Shown: positions 35,186-45,116 of the stretch, one piece after another
Position numbering within the stretch: position 1 is the stretch's first letter
Layout: every line of letters begins with the position of its first letter
Made by a program: the position numbers and the translations under genes
The notes under the pieces: model-generated
Databases searched by the model: none
Told to the model about the DNA's origin: nothing
Seen by the model: the letters and a program-made list of their open reading frames with translations, nothing else
Source of the DNA: Candidatus Gastranaerophilales bacterium
Lineage (GTDB): Bacteria; Cyanobacteriota; Vampirovibrionia; Gastranaerophilales; Gastranaerophilaceae
Direction: 5' to 3'
DNA length: 64,000 nucleotides
Assembly: GCA_944325025.1 (NCBI GenBank)
Contig: CALUYN010000005.1
Location: 14,478-78,477 of the forward strand

Positions 35186-36016
35186 TTAATTTTTTGTTAA
35201 ACCTAAAGCTGCCATTGTTCCGACTGCTGCACCGGCAAGTATACCCCAGAAGGTTTTACACTTGGCTCCTGTTTTTATGCCTTTCCAGATTAATCCTGCT
35301 GATGCAAGAATGCCGCCGCCTACAACTGCTCCACCTGCAACATTACCTGCAAATTTCAATGCATTTTCGGATCTTCCTACTGGCTGACCTGTTAATTGTG
35401 ATATGTTTTCTTCTGCTGTTTTGCCATCTGCAAAGCCGAATGTTAATGTCTGTAAGAAACCTTGAGTAAATGAATCTCTGCCATGTTCTCTAATGTCTTC
35501 ATGTATTGATTTTCCAGTACATTGTTTATATAGTGTTGATGCTCTGTTTGCAATATCTTCATCACTGGCAGCACCACCATACAGACCTCTTACACTTTCT
35601 TTAAAAGAGTTATATGCTTGAATAATTTGTTCCTGTTCATTTCGCATAATCTTTTCATGCAGCAGGCCTGCTTGTTTTGCAATGCCTTCTTCAGGTGCAT
35701 TCAATCTAAGATTAGCATTTCTCATTTTTTGTTGATAGTTAATCTGGTTGTCAATCATGAAATCTTGATACTGTTCGTAGTTTTTATAGTAGTTTTCATA
35801 ATTGTAACCACCGCCAACAAATCCGGGCATAAATGGCATTGTCATTCCAGGATAGGCTCCAAATATACTTCCGTTCATACTTAACATCGGATCCATTCCC
35901 ATTCCATACGGGGGATATACGTCTAATCCTGTCAAGTCATTTAATGCTATTTGATTGTTATACAGGTTTGGATATAATCCGTATAATCCTGCTGCAGCCA
36001 TGTTAAAGCCTGACAT
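35186..36016 (-). CDS. Hypothetical protein; Met/Pro/Gly-rich N-terminus, C-terminal Gly-rich hydrophobic hairpin
   Basis: SD GGAGGT; 276 aa. Confidence 0.8.
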   Translation of the reverse strand: MSGFNMAAAGLYGLYPNLYNNQIALNDLTGLDVYPPYGMGMDPMLSMNGSIFGAYPGMTMPFMPGFVGGGYNYENYYKNYEQYQDFMIDNQINYQQKMRNANLRLNAPEEGIAKQAGLLHEKIMRNEQEQIIQAYNSFKESVRGLYGGAASDEDIANRASTLYKQCTGKSIHEDIREHGRDSFTQGFLQTLTFGFADGKTAEENISQLTGQPVGRSENALKFAGNVAGGAVVGGGILASAGLIWKGIKTGAKCKTFWGILAGAAVGTMAALGLTKN

Positions 36017-36179
36017 AACCTAACCTCCAAATTGATTTTTAACCTACCTTACTTATATAAAAACTTTTTGCTTCAATAAATTGCTTTTTTTATGACTAAA
36101 ATGTTACAAATTCGTAACAATAATGTATTGCATTTTATTAAAAAACACTATAAAATGCCTATATAATGAGGTATAGCGC

Positions 36180-37286
36180 TTGAAAAAGTTTTTTTCTGTT
36201 TTATTTACATTATTAATTATAGCTGCAATTGGTGCAGCTGTATATTTGCGCCCGCAGTTTTTTCAAAGACAAATTGACAAAATACAAGGCATGTACTTTG
36301 TTCACAAAGGAGATAAGGCTTTAAAAAAGCAAAAATTGCAAAAGGCTATCGAATATTATAACAGGGCGTTGGCATTATATCCTGAACATTACGGAGCGTG
36401 GTACAATTTGGGAAATCTTTATGTGATATATGAAGATTACTACTCTGCAGTTGATGCTTATGAAAAGGCTTTTGAGTATAACCCGAAAATGATTATTGCC
36501 CGAATGAATTACGGCATTGTTTCTGCTGAGAAGCTCGGTGATTTTGACGGTGCTATTACCCAGTATGATGAAATTATAAAAACAAAAAGACATCTTCTTT
36601 CTATCCCTTTTGTTTACAGCAACAGAAAGAGCTATAAAGTTAATAAAGGGCTTGCTTATTACAACAAGGGAGTTGCATATAAGCAAAAGTCAATTTTTCT
36701 TAATGATGAATATGAAATGCGCAGGCAATATTTGCTTAAAGCTTTAACTGCTTATAAAGAAGCATGTAAAATTCTAAAAAAAGATTACGATGCAAGATAC
36801 AATCTGGCTTTAACTTATCATTTGCTTGGAGATTACCATGAAGCAGGGTTAGCATATTGCAAGGCTATAGAGCTTGCTCCCATGAATTATGAAGCACATT
36901 ATAATCTGGCTATTCTTCTAAGACATTTGAAATACTATAAAGAATCTCTTGAAGAACTTGAAAAAGCTACAACTCTAATTACAAATTCGGGAGGAAGTGC
37001 AAATAGGCAAAGATATATTTTTGATGTTATGAATGATGTTACAAGAACTATTCTCGCAAATTCAAACAGTGACTTAGTCGAGAAGATTGGTGATGACAAA
37101 GATGAAAAGAACCCGACAGTAACATATATAAATGGAAAAATAGTGTTAACTGATGAACTCGATAGTGCAATTATAAAAAATTTCAAAATTTGCGGTTCAA
37201 AAGAAATTTTCCAGGAAGAAATAGATGGTGATTATAATGAATTTGATAATGTCCGCTATAATGTAAATGTTCCAGGTGTTGAGTAA
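36180..37286 (+). CDS. Tetratricopeptide repeat protein with N-terminal anchor
   Basis: Repeated AWYNLG/ARMNYG/ARYNLA/AHYNLA helices; TTG start with SD GAGGT. Confidence 0.85.
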   Translation: MKKFFSVLFTLLIIAAIGAAVYLRPQFFQRQIDKIQGMYFVHKGDKALKKQKLQKAIEYYNRALALYPEHYGAWYNLGNLYVIYEDYYSAVDAYEKAFEYNPKMIIARMNYGIVSAEKLGDFDGAITQYDEIIKTKRHLLSIPFVYSNRKSYKVNKGLAYYNKGVAYKQKSIFLNDEYEMRRQYLLKALTAYKEACKILKKDYDARYNLALTYHLLGDYHEAGLAYCKAIELAPMNYEAHYNLAILLRHLKYYKESLEELEKATTLITNSGGSANRQRYIFDVMNDVTRTILANSNSDLVEKIGDDKDEKNPTVTYINGKIVLTDELDSAIIKNFKICGSKEIFQEEIDGDYNEFDNVRYNVNVPGVE

Positions 37287-38132
37287 TTAACCTTTTACAG
37301 CTCCTTCATTTTCTCCTGAAATGAAATACCTTTGCATACACAAGAAAAAGATTAAAATCGGTATAGTAGAAAGAATTGACCCTGCGGCGATAAATCTCCA
37401 ATTTGAACTGAACATTCCCTGCAAATTATTAACTCCAACAGGAAGAGTATACATTGATTCTTTTGTCAAAACAATGCTAGGCCACAAAAATTCTCCCCAT
37501 GAACCGATAAACGTAAATATTGCGAGTACCGCAAGCGAAGGTTTTACCATCGGCATTAATACTTTCCAAAATACCTGCCATACATTGCACCCGTCAACAA
37601 TTGCAGCTTCTTCCATTTCTCTGGGTATTCCTAAAAATGCCTGCCGCATTAAAAATATTCCAAAAGCATTTACTGCAAACGGCATAATTAATCCCATAAA
37701 TCCTGCAAAATTGTTTACTGTATCTATAAGATGGAGCTTTATCGTTATTAAATATACAGGAAGCATTATTGCCTGAAATGGTATCATAATCGTTGCAAGC
37801 ACTGCAAAAAATGTAATTTTCTTTCCTTTAAATTCCATTCTTGCAAGCGGATAGCCTGCCATGGCTGAAAGTATTAAGTTTAAAATAACTGTTCCGCCTG
37901 CTACAATCATGCTGTTTATAAAATATCCGATGAAATCAACTTTGTCCCATACTCCTGTATAATTTGCCCAGGTGAAATCTGAAGGGATTATCTGCGGCGG
38001 GTATGCAAAAATGTTTTCACTGTTGCCTTTTAAAGAGGTTGAAATAAGCCAGATAAAAGGAAAAATTGACAACAGCGAAACTGCAATCAATATTATGTGT
38101 GTGTATATGTTTTTAACTTTTAAACCTTTCAC
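37287..38132 (-). CDS. Carbohydrate ABC transporter permease (MalG-like)
   Basis: EEAAIVDGC EAA motif, AGYPLAR, WGEFLWP. Confidence 0.92.
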   Translation of the reverse strand: MKGLKVKNIYTHIILIAVSLLSIFPFIWLISTSLKGNSENIFAYPPQIIPSDFTWANYTGVWDKVDFIGYFINSMIVAGGTVILNLILSAMAGYPLARMEFKGKKITFFAVLATIMIPFQAIMLPVYLITIKLHLIDTVNNFAGFMGLIMPFAVNAFGIFLMRQAFLGIPREMEEAAIVDGCNVWQVFWKVLMPMVKPSLAVLAIFTFIGSWGEFLWPSIVLTKESMYTLPVGVNNLQGMFSSNWRFIAAGSILSTIPILIFFLCMQRYFISGENEGAVKG

Positions 38133-38149
38133 CTTTTTTAACCTTTCAA

Positions 38150-39022
38150 CTATATTTGATATTTGTTTCGTTCAAAACAAAGTATATTTATCAAAGAAAA
38201 TACCATTACGATTCCTAATAATACAACTGCCATTGCAGATGCGAACCCTAAATCTAGATTTTCGAAAGCTCTTTCGTAAATATAGTATACTATTGTTTTA
38301 CTGGAGTTTAAGGGGCCTCCTTTAGTCATTACATATATTTCTGCAAATACTTTCATGGCTGATATTGCACTTATTGTAGTTACAAGTGCAATAGTAGGCA
38401 TTATATGCGGAACAGTGACAGTTAAATGCTTTGTTAAAAAATTTGCACCGTCAATCTCGCATGCTTCGTAAAGTTCTTTTGGAACGCTCATTAGTGCGGC
38501 AAGATAAATTATCATGTAGTATCCTATACCCTTCCAGATTGTAACAATAATAACCGAATACAGAGCATAATTAGGATCAGTAAGCCACCCAACAGCTGAA
38601 AAACCAAGTTTGGTTACAAGATAATTTAGAATCCCCTGGTCTGCGTAAAGCCATTTAAAAGCTATAGCTGCAACAACAATTGATACAATTACCGGAAGAT
38701 AAATAAGAATTTTATATAAAGTAACTCCTTTGATTTTTTGATTAATCAGTATAGCGAGAAATAGAGGCAATATTGCAAGCACAGGAACTGCCACAAACAA
38801 ATATATAAACGTGTTCCACATAACTTTATAAAATACTGGATTTTTAAAAAGTTTAATATAATTATCTATCCCTATAAACACCGGATTATAAATATCTTTG
38901 GAATAGTCAAGAAAACTTAAACCGAACGTTTGAAAAAAAGGGATAAAAAAGAATACTATAAGCACAATAGCTGCAGGCAATATAAAAAGGTATGGAGCAT
39001 ATTTCCCGTAATATTTAAACAT
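38150..39022 (-). CDS. Carbohydrate ABC transporter permease (MalF-like)
   Basis: ELYEACEIDGA, WKGIGYYMIIYLAAL, MTKGGP. Confidence 0.92.
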   Translation of the reverse strand: MFKYYGKYAPYLFILPAAIVLIVFFFIPFFQTFGLSFLDYSKDIYNPVFIGIDNYIKLFKNPVFYKVMWNTFIYLFVAVPVLAILPLFLAILINQKIKGVTLYKILIYLPVIVSIVVAAIAFKWLYADQGILNYLVTKLGFSAVGWLTDPNYALYSVIIVTIWKGIGYYMIIYLAALMSVPKELYEACEIDGANFLTKHLTVTVPHIMPTIALVTTISAISAMKVFAEIYVMTKGGPLNSSKTIVYYIYERAFENLDLGFASAMAVVLLGIVMVFSLINILCFERNKYQI

Positions 39023-39078
39023 ATACTAATTATTACATTGTTTTTTATTGCGGTCAATTATGTTGTGTTTTCTTAAAA

Positions 39079-39942
39079 TTAGTTAGGGCATCTTACAAGC
39101 CATATGTCACTTATAACATTCTCAAGAACACGTTTGCTTACGGAGCCTGTTAAAAATCTGTCAAGTTTTGATTTGTTTTTTGACCCGAGAACTATTAAGT
39201 CTATTTCATTTGTTCTTGCGTAATCAATAATTTTTTGAGCAGGAATGCCGGTCAGAATTACTGTTTCATCAACTTTAATATTATTATCAGAAAGCAGTGA
39301 CTGAATATCTTTTATTGCGCTTGCTGCATATATTTGCTGCTGCTTTTGAATTTGTAAAAGCCAGTTTGTATCAAGTGTGCCATCCAAAAATAGAAGATTA
39401 GGATCTTCATTTACCATGCATATAGATATTTCTTTGTTCTCCAAATTCATGTTAGGAAGAATTTTACTTATAATCCCGAGAGAACATTTTGTGCCATCTG
39501 TTGTAAGAAGCAGCTTGTGCTTTTTATTTTGCTCTTTAGCAATATATGCAGATACTTTACTTGTGTTAATTATTTCTTGCGACACAGAGCCTAACCATTT
39601 TTGTATGCCTTTTTTGCCGTGCGAGCCCATTAATATCAAATCGTAATTTTCGTTTTCAGACTGCTCAATAATGCTTTCAACTGCAGAACCGCAGCTTTTT
39701 ATTCTGCTGCCCGTTTTAAGCCCTAGTTTTTTGATTTCTTCTTCCGCATAATCAAGTATTGTATCTGCGACATTTGCGCAGGAATATGTAAAATTTTCTT
39801 CTTCTATAGTGATTTCTTCGGGTAAAAAACTCCAGTCAATAACACAAATAGTGTCAATTACGGCTTCTTTTATCCATTCAGATATATTGTATAAAGCGTT
39901 AAAACTTATTTTTGAGCCGTCTGTGCAAAATAGTATTCTCAT
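39079..39942 (-). CDS. Tandem universal stress protein
   Basis: Two USP domains: DLILMGSHG...LGSVS and DLIVLGS...TGSVS. Confidence 0.9.
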   Translation of the reverse strand: MRILFCTDGSKISFNALYNISEWIKEAVIDTICVIDWSFLPEEITIEEENFTYSCANVADTILDYAEEEIKKLGLKTGSRIKSCGSAVESIIEQSENENYDLILMGSHGKKGIQKWLGSVSQEIINTSKVSAYIAKEQNKKHKLLLTTDGTKCSLGIISKILPNMNLENKEISICMVNEDPNLLFLDGTLDTNWLLQIQKQQQIYAASAIKDIQSLLSDNNIKVDETVILTGIPAQKIIDYARTNEIDLIVLGSKNKSKLDRFLTGSVSKRVLENVISDIWLVRCPN

Positions 39943-40074
39943 ATAATTTTCTCCCTTATTTATTTTTCTTCAATATAATTTATGTTAAGGAAAATTACAT
40001 TGTCTGGTATTCTATATTTTTTTCTGTTATTATGTTTATACGGGAAATGTTTTTATAGGAATAGTGTTATAGTT

Positions 40075-40695
40075 ATGTCATCACAGCAAGATGTAAAACA
40101 AAAAATTAATTTAAGGGATTATAAAGTTTTAATAGAAACAATTGCAAAGGTAGAATATCAAAAATTTTCTAATTCACATCTAATCGACCTTCCGGAGTTG
40201 ATTAATATAGGTAACCATACTTTATATATTTTATTTAAAAATCATTCTCCAGAAAGTTTTAATAATACATATCTTTCTACAGCTATCAAATGGGCTATAA
40301 GAAATGAAGTGAGACGAAGATATAAATGGTATTCTCTAAAAAATAAGAAACAGCAAAACCTTGAAGAAGAAGACAGTAATATTAGGGAAGAAGTTTATAA
40401 AACAATTCTTTCTATAGATGAAATGCAGGATGCTGAAGTGCCTACGCAAATTAAAGCAGAGGACAAAACCCCTGAAGAATGCATTGAACTCAGCGAATTA
40501 AAAGCTGAAATTATTGAATCGATGAAAAAACTTCCGCAGCGTGAAAGAGAACTGATTGAATATAAATTTTTTAAAGATATGAAACTGAGAGAAATCGCGG
40601 AAGAATTTAACATTTCCCAGTCAAGAATTTCGCGTATTATTCAGTCGGGGTTAGATAAAATTAAACGTGATTTAAAAAAGCAGGGGATTATTTAG
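40075..40695 (+). CDS. Sigma-70 family RNA polymerase sigma factor (FliA/WhiG-like, divergent)
   Basis: Region 4: LPQRERELIEYKFFKDMKLREIAEEFNISQSRISRI; degenerate region 2; start taken at MSSQQD. Confidence 0.85.
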   Translation: MSSQQDVKQKINLRDYKVLIETIAKVEYQKFSNSHLIDLPELINIGNHTLYILFKNHSPESFNNTYLSTAIKWAIRNEVRRRYKWYSLKNKKQQNLEEEDSNIREEVYKTILSIDEMQDAEVPTQIKAEDKTPEECIELSELKAEIIESMKKLPQRERELIEYKFFKDMKLREIAEEFNISQSRISRIIQSGLDKIKRDLKKQGII

Positions 40696-42122
40696 TGAAA
40701 ACAATATTTGAAAAAAGTAACAATGTACCTGGCATAACTCTTTGCGATGAAGAAGCCAAAATGGATTTTCTGGACAGCAAATTTTTCAGAACTTCTGAAA
40801 TAGGTTTGCCAAATGTTAGCGAACTTGAAGCTTTAAGACACTATAAAGAACTTTCTGACAGGAATTTTTGTATAGAAAAAGGCTTTTACCCTCTTGGTTC
40901 ATGTACTATGAAATATAATCCAAAAGTAAATGAACTTCTTGCATCATTGGAAGGTTTTACAGATCTTCATCCTTTGAGCGATGATTGTGATTGTCAGGGC
41001 GCTTTGGAGCTTATGTATAAACTTCAGGAGGCTTTGAAAGAAGTTACGGGAATGGATGCTGTTTCTTTGCAGCCGGCAGCCGGTGCTCAAGGCGAACTTA
41101 CAGGCATGATGGTTATAAAAAAGTATTTTGAAGTAAAAGGCGAAAAAAGAACAAAAGTTATAATTCCAGATTCAGCCCATGGTACAAACCCTGCAAGTGC
41201 GCATCTTTGCGGTTTTGAAATTGTTCCTGTTAAATCAAATGATAGAGGACAGGTTGATACTGATGCTTTAAAATCTTTGATTGACAGAGATGTTGCTGCA
41301 ATAATGATGACCAACCCGAATACTCTTGGAATTTTTGAAGAAAATGTTCTTGAAATTTCAAAAATCATGCACGAGAACGGCTCTCTTTTGTATTATGACG
41401 GAGCTAACTTTAATGCAATTATGGGATATTCAAATCCAAAATTAATGGGTTTTGATGTCGTTCATTTAAATCTTCATAAAACTTTTGCAACTCCTCATGG
41501 CGGAGGCGGCCCTGGAGCAGGCCCTGTTGGTGTTGTTGAAAAGTTGAAAGATTTTTTACCTGCGCCTGTTGTTGATTTTGATGGGCAGAAGTATTTCAGA
41601 AATTATAACATAAAACATTCTATAGGACAGGTAAAAGCTTTTTACGGAAATTTTTCTGTACTTGTTAAAGCTTACGCCTATATTCTTATGATGGGGCAGA
41701 ATTTAAAAGAGGCCAGTGAAAATGCTGTTTTAAACGCGAATTATTTGAAAGAAAAACTGAAAAATGCTTATCTTTTACCGTATGATGAACCTTGCATGCA
41801 TGAATTTGTTCTGTCCGGTGAAAAACAAAAACATGAAAATGGCGTTTCAACGCTGAATATTGCAAAAGCTCTGATGGATGAAAATACTCATCCGCCGACA
41901 GTGTATTTCCCGCTTATTGTTCATGAGGCAATCATGATTGAGCCGACTGAATCTGAAACTAAAGATGTAATGGATGATTTTGTTAAAGTTATGTTGAAAA
42001 TCGCTGATGAGGCAAAAATTAATCCTGAAAAAGTTATTTCAGCACCGCATTCAACACCTGTTAAACGGATTGATGAAACTTTAGCTGCACGTCATCCAAA
42101 TTTAAAATTTGTACAAGAATAA
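40695..42122 (+). CDS. gcvPB: Glycine dehydrogenase (decarboxylating) subunit 2
   Basis: FYPLGSCTMKYN, QPAAGAQGE, SAHGTNPAS, HLNLHKTFATPHGGGGPG, EPTESE. Confidence 0.95.
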   Translation: MKTIFEKSNNVPGITLCDEEAKMDFLDSKFFRTSEIGLPNVSELEALRHYKELSDRNFCIEKGFYPLGSCTMKYNPKVNELLASLEGFTDLHPLSDDCDCQGALELMYKLQEALKEVTGMDAVSLQPAAGAQGELTGMMVIKKYFEVKGEKRTKVIIPDSAHGTNPASAHLCGFEIVPVKSNDRGQVDTDALKSLIDRDVAAIMMTNPNTLGIFEENVLEISKIMHENGSLLYYDGANFNAIMGYSNPKLMGFDVVHLNLHKTFATPHGGGGPGAGPVGVVEKLKDFLPAPVVDFDGQKYFRNYNIKHSIGQVKAFYGNFSVLVKAYAYILMMGQNLKEASENAVLNANYLKEKLKNAYLLPYDEPCMHEFVLSGEKQKHENGVSTLNIAKALMDENTHPPTVYFPLIVHEAIMIEPTESETKDVMDDFVKVMLKIADEAKINPEKVISAPHSTPVKRIDETLAARHPNLKFVQE

Positions 42123-42139
42123 ATTAAAGAGAAAATAAA

Positions 42140-43291
42140 ATGAGTAAAGAAAATAAAAAATTAAAAGTAGCATTTCCCCATATGGGAACAGTATATATAG
42201 CCTGGTCAGCAGCATTAAAAAAAATAGGTGTAGAACCTTTTGTACCGCCTTATACCAGTAAAAAGACTCTTTCGCTTGGAACTAAACATTCACCTGAAGC
42301 AATTTGTCTGCCTTATAAGCTGATTTTAGGAAACTTCATTGAGGCAATAGAAGGCGGCACGGATTATGTTGCAATGATATCTTCTCCTGGCTGCTGCCGT
42401 TTGGGTGAGTACGGAAATTGTATTAAAAATGCTCTTACAGATTTAGGCTATCACGCAAAATACATAGAATTAACTCTATATGACGGATTGAAAGGAATGT
42501 ATGACTTTTTAAAGGCAATAAGCGGGAAAAATGATCCTATTCTTTTTGCAAGAGCAATTAATATTGCAATAAGAAAAGTCTTTGTTCTTGATGATTTGGA
42601 AAATCTTTTATCTTATTACAGAGCAAGAGAAATTACTTTTGGAGATGCTGAAAAACATTATAACAAAGCTCTGCAGATGATAAAAGACGCTGATAACACC
42701 CGCAGCTTAAATAAAGCCAAAAAGCATGCATTTGAAGAGATGAAAAAAACAAAAATTGACCCTAAAAAAGAAGTTTTGCATGTTGATTTAACAGGTGAGA
42801 TTTATCTTGTGTGCGACGAATTTTCAAATCAGAATATCACAAGGGAACTTGGCAAAATGGGAGTGCAAACCCGCAGAAGCCTTACAATCAGCAGCTTTTT
42901 AAAAGATGCTATTATACCTAAAGCTTTCAGAAAGGGAGAAACTCACCTTCAAAGAGCATTCAGAATGGCAAAACCCTATCTAATGCGGGATATCGGCGGA
43001 GATTCTCTGGAATGTGTATCTGATGTTGCTTATGCTGACGAAAGAGGAATTGACGGTATTATTCACATAAGCCCGTTTACCTGTATGCCTGAGATTATGT
43101 CGCAGAATATTTTTCCTGCTATGAGAGAAAATTGTGATATTCCTATTTTACCGCTTATTATGGATGAACAGACAGGAAAAGCAGGATATCTCACCAGATT
43201 GGAAGCTTTTGTAGATTTGATGAAACGCAGAAAAAGAAAACTTTCAGCAAATACCTCTGTTGAAGAAAAACAGGAAGAACTTATTAAGTAA
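42140..43291 (+). CDS. 2-hydroxyacyl-CoA dehydratase/activase-related protein
   Basis: AFPHMG, PEAICLPYK, GCCRLGEY, PFTCMPE, DEQTGKAG.TRLEAF. Confidence 0.75.
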   Translation: MSKENKKLKVAFPHMGTVYIAWSAALKKIGVEPFVPPYTSKKTLSLGTKHSPEAICLPYKLILGNFIEAIEGGTDYVAMISSPGCCRLGEYGNCIKNALTDLGYHAKYIELTLYDGLKGMYDFLKAISGKNDPILFARAINIAIRKVFVLDDLENLLSYYRAREITFGDAEKHYNKALQMIKDADNTRSLNKAKKHAFEEMKKTKIDPKKEVLHVDLTGEIYLVCDEFSNQNITRELGKMGVQTRRSLTISSFLKDAIIPKAFRKGETHLQRAFRMAKPYLMRDIGGDSLECVSDVAYADERGIDGIIHISPFTCMPEIMSQNIFPAMRENCDIPILPLIMDEQTGKAGYLTRLEAFVDLMKRRKRKLSANTSVEEKQEELIK

Positions 43292-43334
43292 AAAGGTTAT
43301 TTAATTTATTCATTAGTTGAGGTTTTTATTAGAT

Positions 43335-44198
43335 ATGAAAGAATTATTTAAAGATGCTGCAAAAATAACAAATTATAATTTAATTTTAACTATACCGTTA
43401 ATTATATTTATAAAAATTTTAGATTTGTATTCGCTTTATTCAAAGTATACTGTTGATACTGTCCCAAAGTTTGTTTTAGCGTCTATTACAATACTTTTCA
43501 TGTTTGGTGTATTTTGTGCCGGATGGTTTTATATGGTTCAGGGGGCAATAAATCTTTCAAAAAAAGTTTTTGTTTTAGATGAGGACAGAGCAAAGGCAAC
43601 TTTGTATTTGTTCAAGACAATACCGGACGGAGTTGGAAAATTTTTCTTGTCATTTGTCGGAGTGTATGTAATATTCTTTTTTATACAAATTATTGCTACT
43701 CCGCTTGTATATTTAACGGGCGCGAAAATTATAGGTTCTCTTGATGAAGCATCTATGTTGAGCCTTCAAGAGATTGTAATAGATCCGAATACAAACCAAG
43801 GAATGGCTTCTTTTATTGATAAATTGACTCCAGAACAGATTGTATTTTTCGGGAAGTGGAGTCTTTTATTTATGGTTGTTACATCAATAATTATGTATTT
43901 ACTGATGTTATGGATTCCTGAAATTATTTACAAAACGCATAATCCTTTAGCTGCTTTGTGTAGTTCTTTAATCAAACTTTTTAAAGACTTTTTTACATCA
44001 TTTAGATTATATATTTCGTTATGGCTTATGGGGTTTGCATTGTTGTTTATAAATACTTTTGCAGTGATAAATCCTGTGGCTTATATAATTATGAGTATAG
44101 CTCTTTTCTATTTTTCTGTTTATTTTGTTGTACTAATTTTCTTATACTATGACAGAACCTTTGTGGAACCGGTAAACAGTGACAATGAAAAAAAGTAA
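43335..44198 (+). CDS. Hypothetical integral membrane protein
   Basis: About 6 hydrophobic segments; ATG 43335 with GAGG upstream. Confidence 0.75.
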   Translation: MKELFKDAAKITNYNLILTIPLIIFIKILDLYSLYSKYTVDTVPKFVLASITILFMFGVFCAGWFYMVQGAINLSKKVFVLDEDRAKATLYLFKTIPDGVGKFFLSFVGVYVIFFFIQIIATPLVYLTGAKIIGSLDEASMLSLQEIVIDPNTNQGMASFIDKLTPEQIVFFGKWSLLFMVVTSIIMYLLMLWIPEIIYKTHNPLAALCSSLIKLFKDFFTSFRLYISLWLMGFALLFINTFAVINPVAYIIMSIALFYFSVYFVVLIFLYYDRTFVEPVNSDNEKK

Positions 44199-45054
44199 AG
44201 TAATAGCAGTTGTTGGAGCAACGGCTAGCGGAAAAACATCTTATGCCATAGAACTTGCAAAGAAGATTGACGGAGAAATTGTTTCTGCGGATTCCAGGCT
44301 TGTTTATAAAGGTTTGGATATAGGTACAGCAAAACCAACTTTAGAAGAACGTTCTAATGTTCCGCATTATATGATTGATATAGTTGAACCTGAAGTTGAT
44401 TATTCTGCAGGCTTGTATGCAAAAGAGGCTAAAAAATGTATTGATGATATTCTTTTGCGGGGAAAAGTTCCTGTAGTGGTCGGGGGGACAGGACTTTATT
44501 TCCGAATTTTGCTTGAAAACTTTAACCTGCCGGAAACTGAACCTGATTATGATTTGAGAAAACAACTTCGCGAATTAGATTTCCCAACAGTTTACAAAAT
44601 GCTTTATGAACTTGACCCTGATGCGGCATCTCTTGTAAATGAAAATGATAAACGGCGGGCTATAAGATTTATTGAAGTTATCAGACAATGCGGCTGTCCG
44701 CTCTCTAAGGCACGCGGGTTTAAAGAAGCTGAATATGACGTTGACTGGATTGGATTAAATTTCCCCAGAGAAGAACTTTATGAAAGAATTAATAAGCGTG
44801 TTGATTTGATGATAGAACAAGGTCTTGTTGATGAAACAAAGCACCTTCTTGCAAAACACGGCCGTATCCCGACGATTGTTGATACTATCGGATACAGGGA
44901 GATAATTTTATATCTTGACGGAATAATGGGTTTAGAGGAAGCTGTGGACAAACTCAAGCAAAATACAAGAAATTATGCAAAAAGACAGCTGACGTGGTTT
45001 CGAAAAAATCCTGATATAAAGTGGAATTGTTATCCTGAGCGAAAACGGAAATAA
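44185..45054 (+). CDS. miaA: tRNA dimethylallyltransferase
   Basis: GATASGKT, SADSRLVY, DIGTAKP, GGTGLY, TRNYAKRQLTWF. Confidence 0.96.
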   Translation: MKKSKVIAVVGATASGKTSYAIELAKKIDGEIVSADSRLVYKGLDIGTAKPTLEERSNVPHYMIDIVEPEVDYSAGLYAKEAKKCIDDILLRGKVPVVVGGTGLYFRILLENFNLPETEPDYDLRKQLRELDFPTVYKMLYELDPDAASLVNENDKRRAIRFIEVIRQCGCPLSKARGFKEAEYDVDWIGLNFPREELYERINKRVDLMIEQGLVDETKHLLAKHGRIPTIVDTIGYREIILYLDGIMGLEEAVDKLKQNTRNYAKRQLTWFRKNPDIKWNCYPERKRK

Positions 45055-45116
45055 TTCCAAAACTAATGAAAAATTTTCTTTTATATGTTACAATTCATTC
45101 TAAAGAGGGTTATGTG

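Noticed and set aside
39982-40074. Longer start for the sigma factor
   Set aside because: The segment looks like an AT-rich promoter region and gives an implausible hydrophobic N-terminus.
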